From: a virus
Virus record (IMG/VR): IMGVR_UViG_3300042691_051905
Direction: 5' to 3' (one strand)
DNA: 48,826 bases
Positions 1-7,482 of this stretch are shown piece after piece. A program made the translations under genes and the position numbers. How positions within the stretch are numbered: position 1 is the stretch's first letter; the number at the start of each line of letters is the position of its first letter. A model generated the notes under the pieces. It did no database searches, was not told where the DNA came from, and was given only the letters and a program-made list of their open reading frames with translations.

Positions 1-30
1 CCTATGCGCTGGTTTCGATTGTGAAAAGGT
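1..30. repeat. Terminal direct repeat, copy 1 (assembly overlap of a circular molecule)
   Basis: cctatgcgctggtttcgattgtgaaaaggt is identical to 48797..48826. Confidence 0.95.
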
Positions 31-1319
31 TCGGCAAGGCGGGATCCGCGCCGGCCAAGGGCAACGAGGCTTATGCGCGCGCCTCGGCCGGCTTCATGGG
101 CAAGGCATGGGATACGGGCGATGTTGCCTTCGCGGTGGAGTTCTGGGCCGAATGCCTCAGGGTGCTGAAGCCCGGCGGGCATGTGGCGGCGTTTTCAGGC
201 ACGCGCACCTATCACCGTTTGGCCTGTGCCATCGAGGATGCGGGCTTCGAGATTCGCGATCAACTCGCCTGGGCCTATGGCACGGGATTTCCCAAAAGCC
301 ATGACGTGAGCAAGGCGATTGACAAGGCAGCCGGTGCCGAGCGGCAGATAATCGGGGATTCGCCGCATGCCGCAAAAAAGACAAACGGCAGCGCCGGCGT
401 AAACTCAGTGGGTCTGACAAGTGCGCCGGGGCACAAAATCACCGCCCCCGCAAGCGAAGAGGCCACGGCATGGCAGGGCTGGGGCACGGCGCTGAAGCCG
501 GCATGGGAGCCGATCTGCCTCGCGCGGAAGCCTTTGATCGGCACCGTGGTCGAGAACGTCCTCGCGCATGGCACGGGCGCGATCAATGTCGATGCGTGCC
601 GGGTGGGCGTTGAGGTTGTTTCCCAGTATCGGACGATCCAGCGCACCTGGCGCGCGTCAGAAGGTCGCGTTGATATACCGGCAACAGCGGATGGCAGCCG
701 CACCGAAACCCTTGGCCGCTTCCCCGCAAATATCCTGCATGATGGCAGCGCCGAGGTTGTGGAGTGCTTTCCAGAAACCAGCGCGAGTTCTGGCCAGCCT
801 GGCAACAATGGCGAGTTTAAGTCGGTCGCAAAGGGCCGCGATTTGCCACATGTCACGCTTGGGCACGCCGATGCTGGTGGCTCCGCCGCCCGGTTCTTTT
901 ATTCCGCCAAGGCGGACAAGGATGATCGGCTGGGCTCGAAACACCCGACCGTGAAACCCGTGGACCTGATGCAATGGCTCTGCCGGCTCATTACGCCGCC
1001 GGGCGGCCTGGTGCTCGACCCGTTTGCGGGCACGGGCACAACCGGCGAGGCGGCCTGGCGCGGGGGGTTCCGCGCGCTGCTTTTCGAGCGCGAGGTTGAA
1101 TATCAGGCCGATATTGCCCGCCGCATGGCGCTGGCCTTGGCCGGCCCGAAAGAGCGCGCGCGTGAGGCCGCAAAGGCGCGCGGCCTTGTGGCCGATGCCG
1201 GGGGGCTGTTTGGCGGGCTGGATGATGGGCAGAGGGGGGGGGCAGACAGATTTACGGCCACTTCGCCGATCAAGACGCTCGATTGGCCCGACGGGGCTCC
1301 AGTGGTGACGCATGAGTGA
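1..1319 (+). CDS. DNA methyltransferase (N6_N4 MTase family, DPPY type), 3' portion; 5' portion is 48685..48826
   Basis: The frame of ORF 21..1319 is open from the window start (..YALVSIVKRF..). Motifs: TDPPY spanning the junction, FPKSHD, KPAWEPICLARKP, and HPTVKPVDLMQWLCRLITPPGGLVLDPFAGTGTTGEAA (AdoMet-binding FxGxG). The joined product is about 476 aa. Confidence 0.9.
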   Translation, partial: YALVSIVKRFGKAGSAPAKGNEAYARASAGFMGKAWDTGDVAFAVEFWAECLRVLKPGGHVAAFSGTRTYHRLACAIEDAGFEIRDQLAWAYGTGFPKSHDVSKAIDKAAGAERQIIGDSPHAAKKTNGSAGVNSVGLTSAPGHKITAPASEEATAWQGWGTALKPAWEPICLARKPLIGTVVENVLAHGTGAINVDACRVGVEVVSQYRTIQRTWRASEGRVDIPATADGSRTETLGRFPANILHDGSAEVVECFPETSASSGQPGNNGEFKSVAKGRDLPHVTLGHADAGGSAARFFYSAKADKDDRLGSKHPTVKPVDLMQWLCRLITPPGGLVLDPFAGTGTTGEAAWRGGFRALLFEREVEYQADIARRMALALAGPKERAREAAKARGLVADAGGLFGGLDDGQRGGADRFTATSPIKTLDWPDGAPVVTHE

Positions 1320-3072
1320 CGATTCCGCGCAAAGGATCGCCGCTCTGGTGGAAGAAGCCGTGAGCGTGGCCGCGCCGGGGGATACGCAACCGGAGGCCGA
1401 TATCGACCCATTCCAGCACGATGGCGATGCCGGGCCCGGCGAGGACGGACCGCCACCGAACGATGCTGACCCTGAGTTGATCGCGGCCAATGCGGGGCTC
1501 GACCAGAATGACACGGACAATGGCAAGCGCCTGCTTCGGCTGTTCGGCGATCGTTTTCTCAATGTGCGCGAGATCGGCCTGCATGCCTGGGAGGGGCGCT
1601 TCTGGCAGCTTGAAGGCGGCGACCACGAGGTGGAGCGCTGCGCCCAGGACACGGCCCGGCTGATGAAGCTGGAGGCGCAATTTATCCACCCGCCGATGGA
1701 TGCGCAATTCCTGATCGACCGCGCGCAGACCCTGCTGAACAAGCCCGTGGACCAATTGAGCGCGGAGGAGCGCAAGGAAATCGAGGCCGGGCAGGCCGCT
1801 GCCGAGGCCTTGAAGAAGCGGCGCGAGGGGCGGCGGAAATTCGCGATTTCCTGCGGGAACCGCGCGCGCACCGTGGCCATGATTGCCCAGGCGCTGCCGC
1901 ACCGGACGATTTCTCCCGCAGCCCTCGATTCGGACCCGATGCGGTTCAATGTGGAAAATGGAACCCTGGTGTTCGAGCGGCAGGAAACGCGCGAGATTGA
2001 CCCGGAATGCCCCGACCCCGAGGGGGAGAGGTGGGCGACCGTGATTGCCGCCGCCGCGCGGCTTGAAGCGCACAGACCGGAGCACCGGATCTCGAAGATG
2101 AGCCGGGTGACTTATGACCCGAAAGCCCGCTCGCCCCTTTGGGATGCGTTTATGCAAAGATTCCAGCCTGACGAGGAGCAGCGCCGGTTTTTGCAGATAG
2201 CGGCCGGGCGCTCGCTGATCGGCGGCGCTTCCACGCAGGTGCTGATTTTTCTTTATGGCGACGGCGCCAACGGCAAGAGCGTTTTCATGGAAACGCTGGC
2301 GCAGCTTTGCGGCGATTATGCCGGCCGCTTGAAGCCAGAGAGCATCACGGGCTCGATGGAGCAATCTGGCGACAAGGCCAGCCCCGACTTCGCACGCCTG
2401 CAGGGCAAGCGCTTCGTGGCGATCGCCGAATTGCCCAGGGGCGCGCCGATGCGCGAGGGCCTCGTGAAAACCATGACCGGAAGCGAGCCCATGCCTGTGC
2501 GGCACCTCAACAAGGGCTTTTTCGACATGGTGCCCGAGTTCATCCCCTTCATGAGCGGCAACCAGATGCCGGAAATCGGCGGTCTTGATAAAGGCATCTG
2601 GAGGCGCCTCAAATTCGTGAAATGGCCGGTCACGCTGCCAGACGAGGAGCAGCGCCCCCTTCCCAAGGTGGTGAGCGAATTCATGGCCGAGGGCGCCGGT
2701 ATTCTCAACTGGCTGATCGAGGGCGCCCTGATCTTCCTGCGCGAGGGGCTGAAAGACCCGCCCGCCGTGCGCGATCTGACCCAGAGCCACCGCGAGGACA
2801 GCGACCCGGTGGGCGCTTTCATCGGGGCCTGTGTGGTGAGCCGGCCCGGCGACATGGTGCCCGCGCGGGAGATGTATGGCGGCTTCGCCAGGTGGTGCGA
2901 GGCCAATGCCATCAAACCCTGGGGTGAAAAGACGTTCTCGCTTGCGCTCAAGCAAAAGGGCCTGGTGCGCGAAGACAAGCGCTACCGAACGCGCATGTGG
3001 CTGGAAATCGGCCTTGAGAATGTGCCCGAAAACCCGCAGCCCGCTGATTACGGGGGTCGATATGGTCGTTGA
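1312..3072 (+). CDS. P4/D5-family primase-associated SF3 replicative helicase
   Basis: 586 aa. Walker A lies in LIFLYGDGANGKSVFMETLAQL, the layout typical of the phage/plasmid primase P4-family C-terminal NTPase. Its ATG overlaps the upstream stop (ATGAGTGA). Confidence 0.85.
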   Translation: MSDDSAQRIAALVEEAVSVAAPGDTQPEADIDPFQHDGDAGPGEDGPPPNDADPELIAANAGLDQNDTDNGKRLLRLFGDRFLNVREIGLHAWEGRFWQLEGGDHEVERCAQDTARLMKLEAQFIHPPMDAQFLIDRAQTLLNKPVDQLSAEERKEIEAGQAAAEALKKRREGRRKFAISCGNRARTVAMIAQALPHRTISPAALDSDPMRFNVENGTLVFERQETREIDPECPDPEGERWATVIAAAARLEAHRPEHRISKMSRVTYDPKARSPLWDAFMQRFQPDEEQRRFLQIAAGRSLIGGASTQVLIFLYGDGANGKSVFMETLAQLCGDYAGRLKPESITGSMEQSGDKASPDFARLQGKRFVAIAELPRGAPMREGLVKTMTGSEPMPVRHLNKGFFDMVPEFIPFMSGNQMPEIGGLDKGIWRRLKFVKWPVTLPDEEQRPLPKVVSEFMAEGAGILNWLIEGALIFLREGLKDPPAVRDLTQSHREDSDPVGAFIGACVVSRPGDMVPAREMYGGFARWCEANAIKPWGEKTFSLALKQKGLVREDKRYRTRMWLEIGLENVPENPQPADYGGRYGR

Positions 3073-3084
3073 CCCTCTGAATTC

Positions 3085-3369
3085 TTCGAGGGTTCGAGGG
3101 TCATTCGAGGGTCGCGGCGCGACCCTCGAAGCGAAAAACGGGTTTTGGTTCAAGCGGTTATTCTGATTTTTCGAGGGTTCGAGGGTCGCGCGCGCCTATA
3201 CGTATATGAAAAGGGCTTCGGGTGGAAAACTGCGCTTTCTCTTTTTCTATATACATTACGAGGTTTAACCCTCGAACCCTCGAAAGAATGAAATAAGATA
3301 TTGAGAGATAAAGGCAAAAAGGCTTCGAGGGTGGATTTCCCACCCTCGAACGACCCTCGAACCCTCGAA
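3085..3369. repeat. Iteron array: 12 copies of TTCGAGGGT (6 per orientation) around an AT-rich centre; candidate replication origin
   Basis: Forward copies start at 3085, 3093, 3104, 3170, 3178 and 3324. Reverse copies (ACCCTCGAA) start at 3122, 3268, 3276, 3342, 3353 and 3361. The AT-rich stretch is about 3196..3320. The array lies directly downstream of the helicase gene. Confidence 0.7.
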
Positions 3370-3381
3370 AGGAATGGCGAA

Positions 3382-4068
3382 GTGGCAAAAGAACGGATCG
3401 ATATCGAGGAATTGCTTCGCTGGGCCTATCAGCGGCAGAAGGTGGACCGTGTGATGCGAGAAACCAGCGGCCGGGGCAATGGCGCGGCGGCATGGGTGGT
3501 GGCGAGTGAGAATTTCCTGAAATATGGCGTGCGCATCGACAACCCCACGCCTGCCGGCATGTTCGCCCCCCGTGCGCCGGCCGATGCCGAGATCATCCAT
3601 GACACGGTGCTGCGGCTCGATGATCTCTTCATCGATGATGAGGGGGGCGTGTGGAGCCCGGACCGGCTCGAAAGCGCGGGGGCAAGCCTCGTGCGCGACA
3701 AGGCCAAGCGCTTCTGGATGGAGGTGAGCGGCGTGCGCGCTCCCCTCACGCCGTGCCATCTGCCGGCGCTGCTCATCATCCATGCGAAGAACGGCACAAA
3801 GCCCGAATGGTGCGACGGGTGGCGGCCTGCCGGCGCGCGGGACCGCGGTGTGACTGATCGGTCGGACCGGGATGAGCGGGGCCGCGCCCGAAAGGCAGGG
3901 CGCGATTTCACCGCCGATGATGTCGCCTTCTATCGGGCGGAATATCGATGCTGGCATGCGGGGCTTGTGCTGCTCGCTGCCGTGCTGGCCGATGGTCTTC
4001 AGGACTTCGAGCCGATTCCCCCTGCCTCCGCGCCCGCGCCATGGGCAAAGGCCAAGAAGGCCGCCTAG
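3382..4068 (+). CDS. Hypothetical protein, last gene before the late-operon control region
   Basis: The track ORF 3301..4068 starts at a TTG inside the iteron array. GTG 3382, preceded by AAGGA (3368..3372), is a more plausible start. No motif was recognised (..EELLRWAYQRQKVDRV..). It ends in TAG, the only TAG stop found among the predicted genes checked. Confidence 0.55.
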   Translation: MAKERIDIEELLRWAYQRQKVDRVMRETSGRGNGAAAWVVASENFLKYGVRIDNPTPAGMFAPRAPADAEIIHDTVLRLDDLFIDDEGGVWSPDRLESAGASLVRDKAKRFWMEVSGVRAPLTPCHLPALLIIHAKNGTKPEWCDGWRPAGARDRGVTDRSDRDERGRARKAGRDFTADDVAFYRAEYRCWHAGLVLLAAVLADGLQDFEPIPPASAPAPWAKAKKAA

Positions 4069-4124
4069 AATTCCAACGGGGATGAGGTCAAAAACCACTT
4101 CATCTCCAATGACTTAAAGGCGAT

Positions 4125-4153
4125 TTGACAAGCGCCTCCTATTGCGGCATATT
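4125..4153 (+). promoter_or_regulatory. Sigma70-like promoter candidate (TTGACA-17 nt-CATATT)
   Basis: TTGACA at 4125..4130, a 17-nt spacer, then CATATT at 4148..4153. It lies in the intergenic region upstream of two hairpin/T-run elements. Confidence 0.35.
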
Positions 4154-4176
4154 CCCTCACAGATAAAAAGGTTCGC

Positions 4177-4210
4177 AAGCCGCCTCTCGGGAAATCGGGG
4201 GGCGGTTTTT
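4177..4210 (+). terminator. Intrinsic terminator candidate 1
   Basis: The stem pairs 4180..4188 with 4197..4205 (CCGCCTCTC / GGGGGGCGG, two G-U pairs) around an 8-nt loop, followed by TTTTT at 4206..4210. Confidence 0.6.
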
Positions 4211-4276
4211 CGTTGGGGGGCATGGGCCTTCGCCGCCCCCCCCCTCTTGCGGGTCCTTCCCGGCGCGCCCCTCCCC

Positions 4277-4303
4277 CGCGGCGCAAAGCGGCCCGCGTTT
4301 TTT
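4277..4303 (+). terminator. Intrinsic terminator candidate 2
   Basis: CGCGGCGCaaaGCGgcCCGCG forms an 8-bp stem with a 2-nt bulge, followed by TTTTTT at 4298..4303. Confidence 0.5.
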
Positions 4304-4327
4304 CCAGTCGGCCTGATTTTCGAGGCG

Positions 4328-4404
4328 GGTTGACACGGGCGACAGCCCCGCCCGCCGATTGACACAAACCGCAATGCTATCCGCGTGATAGGAGCGATTG
4401 ACAC
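4328..4404 (+). promoter_or_regulatory. Three (G)ATTGACAC boxes immediately upstream of, and overlapping, the terS ORF start
   Basis: TTGACAC occurs at 4330..4336, 4359..4365 and 4398..4404. CGATTGACAC is exact at 4356..4365 and 4395..4404. A related CGATTTGACA lies at 4121..4130. Confidence 0.5.
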
Positions 4405-4417
4405 CGCGAGCCCCGCC

Positions 4418-5002
4418 ATGACCCACGCGCCCGCGCTGATGACGATTGGCGAACTCGCCGCCCGGGATGGCAAGACCAAGCAGGCCATCTCGAAGATGGT
4501 GCAGCGCCTCATCGAGCAGCACCGCCTGCCGGTGGAGCGCGATAGTCGCGGCCGGGTCTCGAGGGTTGATCGCGAAGGCTTTGACCGCCTGCGTCACACG
4601 CATGGCGACAGCACGAAACTGCGCGAGCATTCACCGCCCGATGCGACCGCCCTTGCAGGCAACGCCACGCTGGACGGCGCGCGCCGCGAGCAGATCATCG
4701 AGGCGACACGCCTCACCCGCCTGCGCCTGGCCGCCGAGGCCGAAGCGCTGGTGCGCGTTGATCGCGTTGAGGAAGCGGCCTCCCGCCTCGCCGAGGAAAT
4801 CGCCCGGCAGGTGGATATCCTGCCGTTTCTGGATGATCTGATCGCGGCTTACGGGCGCGGCGACATGCACGCGGTTCGGCAGGCGGCGAGGAAGGCCAAC
4901 GAGCAGATGCGCGCCCGCATCGCCGAGGCCTGCGCCGCCCTGGCGCAAGCCGCCCCGGCCCGCGATGAAACCTTGACGCACGAGGACGACCTCCTCGGCT
5001 GA
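4418..5002 (+). CDS. terS: Terminase small subunit candidate (Nu1-like HTH plus coiled coil)
   Basis: It lies directly upstream of the GpA-family terL. It has an N-terminal HTH (MTIGELAARDGKTKQAISKMVQRL) followed by an Ala/Glu/Arg-rich helical region. The maximal ORF starts at GTG 4385 but would contain a repeat box; ATG 4418 and ATG 4439 are the alternatives. Confidence 0.6.
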   Translation: MTHAPALMTIGELAARDGKTKQAISKMVQRLIEQHRLPVERDSRGRVSRVDREGFDRLRHTHGDSTKLREHSPPDATALAGNATLDGARREQIIEATRLTRLRLAAEAEALVRVDRVEEAASRLAEEIARQVDILPFLDDLIAAYGRGDMHAVRQAARKANEQMRARIAEACAALAQAAPARDETLTHEDDLLG

Positions 5003-5013
5003 CGGAGTCCACC

Positions 5014-7026
5014 ATGACTTTGACGCATCCCTCCGCGATGCGCCTGATCGGTCAGCGGCTTGCGCAATTGCTGAAGCCGCTGCCGCCCATGCGGGTCAGC
5101 GAGTGGGCCGCGAAGAATGTCGTGCTGGTCGATGGCCCGCTCGCCGGCTCCATGTGGTCGCCGCGGGGCGCGCCCTATCTGGTCGATATCCTCGATTGCC
5201 TTTCGGAGGACCATCCGGCCCAACTCGTCACGGTGCGCAAGAGCCAGCAGACCGGCGCCTCCATCGCAGCACTCGCCTGGGTGCTCTATGTCGCGGATCG
5301 CGAACCGGCGAACATGCTTTATGCCGTGCCGGGCATTGACGCCCTGCGCGATCTCAATTCCGGCAAGCTGCAACCGCTGATCGACGCCATGCAGCGGCGC
5401 CTGAAGCGCAATCTCATCGCGCCCACGGTCAGCCGCTCCGGCCAGGGCAGCACGACCTACGAGAAGGTTTTCACCCGCGGTGGCCGGCTCTGGCTCGGCA
5501 ACGCCAATTCGGTGATGGACCTCTCGTCCAAGACCGTGAAAAAGGGCGTCAAGGATGAGCTCTCCAAGTGGGAGCCTATTCCCGGCGCGCAAGACCCCGA
5601 AGACCTGTTCTTCGGTCGCTTCACCGCCTTCCGCGCCTCGGGCGACTGGAAGATCCTCGAAATCTCCACGCCGGAATATGATACCGGCGACCCGCTCGGC
5701 GAAAAGCCCGGGCATTGCCGCATTGATCGGTCGTTCAGGCGGTCCGATCAGCGCTTCTGGCACATTGCCTGCCCGGAATGCGGCACGCTGCAATATCATC
5801 GCTTCGAGAATTTCCGGGTCGACGAGGCCGCCCCGCATCGGTCCTGCTACATCTGCGAGGGTTGCGGCCACGAGATCAGCGAGGCCGAGCGGCGCGTTGC
5901 CTTGCGGCCGGAGAATGGCGCGCGCTGGGTGGCCACGCAGCCCGAGGGGCAGCGCCATCCCGGCTTCCATATCAGCGCCTTTGAATCGCTGATGATGAGT
6001 TACGAGGCTATCGCTTCGGATTACATCGCGTCGAGCAAGAGCGAGATCGGCCTCAAGGGTTTTCACAACCTGGTGCTGGGCTTGCCCTTCCAGTATCGGG
6101 GCGATGCGCCGGATCATGAAAAGCTGCTTGCCCGGCGCGAGGAGCACCTGAAGCGCGGCCATGTGCCGCCGGATGGCCTCGTTCTCACATCCTATGCCGA
6201 TGTGCAGATGCGCGGCATCTGGCTGGAAATCGTCGCATGGGCGCCGGATCGGCGGTCCTGGCTTGTTGATGCGCTCTATCTCGGCGGCGACACGGACAGC
6301 CCGGACAACCCGGTTTTTCAGCGCCTGCGGGCCGAAACGATTGATCGGCGCTTCCCCGATGCCTTCGGGCGCGAGCGCCGCCTTGATGCCATCGGCGTCG
6401 ATGCCGGCTTCCGCCAGCACATCGTCGCGCAATGGGTGCGCGGCAACCAGACTCTTCACCATGAAACCGGCCGCGATCTCGTCTTTGCGAGCAAGGGCGA
6501 AGATGGATGGGGACGCCCCGCCATCGGCCAGCCGAAACTGGTGGATATCGACGTGGCGGGCCAGAAGATCCGGCAAGGCTGCCGGCTCTGGATCATCGGC
6601 ACATGGCCGCTCAAGGCGCAGGTCTACACGATGCTCGGCAAGGAGCGGAAATCCTCGGATTTCTCGGCCATTCCGGCCGGCTTCTGCCATTTCCCGGCCT
6701 GGGCGGATGAGGAATATTTCAAGCAGCTGACCGCCGAGCGCCTCGTGGACATCACGTTCAAGGGCGTGCCCACCGGCAAGAAGTGGGGAAAAATGCGGGA
6801 AAACCACTTCCTCGATTGCCGCGTGGGCAACATGGCGCTCTTCGAGCACCTCACGGCCGGCACCACCGAGGGGGACTGGAAGGCCCTCGCGCTCCTGCGT
6901 GGCGTGCCGGAAGAGGCCCGCGAACAGAACCTCTTCACGGCACCGGCCGCCGAGCCAGAACCCGAAACGCAAACCTACCGCCGACCGCCCGATGATGGCG
7001 AGAGGTGGAATTCCAGATTCCGGTGA
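5014..7026 (+). CDS. terL: Terminase large subunit, lambda GpA family
   Basis: 670 aa. The N-terminus (MRVSEWAAKNVVLVDGPLAGSMWSPRGAPYLVDILDCL...VTVRKSQQTGAS) and the zinc-ribbon (CPECGTLQYH...CYICEGCGHEI) are typical of Terminase_GpA. An ACGGAG RBS precedes the start. Confidence 0.92.
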   Translation: MTLTHPSAMRLIGQRLAQLLKPLPPMRVSEWAAKNVVLVDGPLAGSMWSPRGAPYLVDILDCLSEDHPAQLVTVRKSQQTGASIAALAWVLYVADREPANMLYAVPGIDALRDLNSGKLQPLIDAMQRRLKRNLIAPTVSRSGQGSTTYEKVFTRGGRLWLGNANSVMDLSSKTVKKGVKDELSKWEPIPGAQDPEDLFFGRFTAFRASGDWKILEISTPEYDTGDPLGEKPGHCRIDRSFRRSDQRFWHIACPECGTLQYHRFENFRVDEAAPHRSCYICEGCGHEISEAERRVALRPENGARWVATQPEGQRHPGFHISAFESLMMSYEAIASDYIASSKSEIGLKGFHNLVLGLPFQYRGDAPDHEKLLARREEHLKRGHVPPDGLVLTSYADVQMRGIWLEIVAWAPDRRSWLVDALYLGGDTDSPDNPVFQRLRAETIDRRFPDAFGRERRLDAIGVDAGFRQHIVAQWVRGNQTLHHETGRDLVFASKGEDGWGRPAIGQPKLVDIDVAGQKIRQGCRLWIIGTWPLKAQVYTMLGKERKSSDFSAIPAGFCHFPAWADEEYFKQLTAERLVDITFKGVPTGKKWGKMRENHFLDCRVGNMALFEHLTAGTTEGDWKALALLRGVPEEAREQNLFTAPAAEPEPETQTYRRPPDDGERWNSRFR

Positions 7027-7029
7027 TCC

Positions 7030-7263
7030 ATGGCCACGCAAATGGAGATCAGGGCCGATTCGAACTCCCCGGCGTCCCGGCACAGGCTTCTTGATTGGGG
7101 CGTCACCACTCAAGACGGGGAGCGCCTGCTCTGGGCGGATGTCCTGCTCGAAAGTGGCCGTGTCCAAAAATACGCCAGGCATATTTCCGCAGATGTGAAC
7201 CACGATCAATGCCTCTCCGTTGTCGAGGAGCATGTCGCGGCAATGCAAGCGTTTTACTCCTGA
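7030..7263 (+). CDS. Hypothetical 77-aa protein on a 242-bp insertion flanked by 20-bp direct repeats
   Basis: The ORF shares its first 4 codons (MATQ) with gpW because of the repeat GGTGATCCATGGCCACGCAA at 7022..7041 and 7264..7283. It is visibly less GC-rich than its neighbours. Confidence 0.5.
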   Translation: MATQMEIRADSNSPASRHRLLDWGVTTQDGERLLWADVLLESGRVQKYARHISADVNHDQCLSVVEEHVAAMQAFYS

Positions 7264-7271
7264 GGTGATCC

Positions 7272-7478
7272 ATGGCCACGCAAGCGCAGATCGATGCACT
7301 CGAAGCCGCGCTTGCGACCGGCGCGCTCGAAACCGAGGTGAGGCAGGGCGAGGTCACGCAGCGCGTGAAATTCCGCAGCCGCGCCGATCTGGAAGCCACC
7401 ATCGAGCGCCTGAAGGTCGAACTTGCCGGGGCGGCCGCGCCATCGCGCGTCTTTGTCACCGCGCACAGCCGGGATTGA
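7272..7478 (+). CDS. Head-tail joining protein, lambda gpW family
   Basis: 68 aa (MATQAQIDALEAALATGALETEVRQGEVTQRVKFRSRADLEATIERLK). Size, sequence pattern and position between terL and the portal match gpW. Confidence 0.8.
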   Translation: MATQAQIDALEAALATGALETEVRQGEVTQRVKFRSRADLEATIERLKVELAGAAAPSRVFVTAHSRD

Positions 7479-7482
7479 CCCC

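Noticed and set aside
1270-3153. 627-aa minus-strand ORF antisense to the helicase gene. Similar long antisense or alternative-frame ORFs include 657..1949 -, 4849..7299 -, 7690..8982 -, 8571..9749 -, 12843..14291 -, 14301..15743 -, 15774..17654 - and 23463..24650 -.
   Set aside because: In high-GC DNA, stop codons are rare in non-coding frames. These ORFs overlap genes with clear family motifs on the other strand, have Arg/Pro/Gly/Ala-dominated low-complexity translations, and lack RBS or start context.
3301-3381. TTG start of the track ORF 3301..4068 lying inside the iteron array.
   Set aside because: The first 27 codons would be translated iterons (PSNDPRTLE from ACCCTCGAA repeats). A GTG at 3382 with an upstream AAGGA is more plausible. 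The true start remains uncertain.
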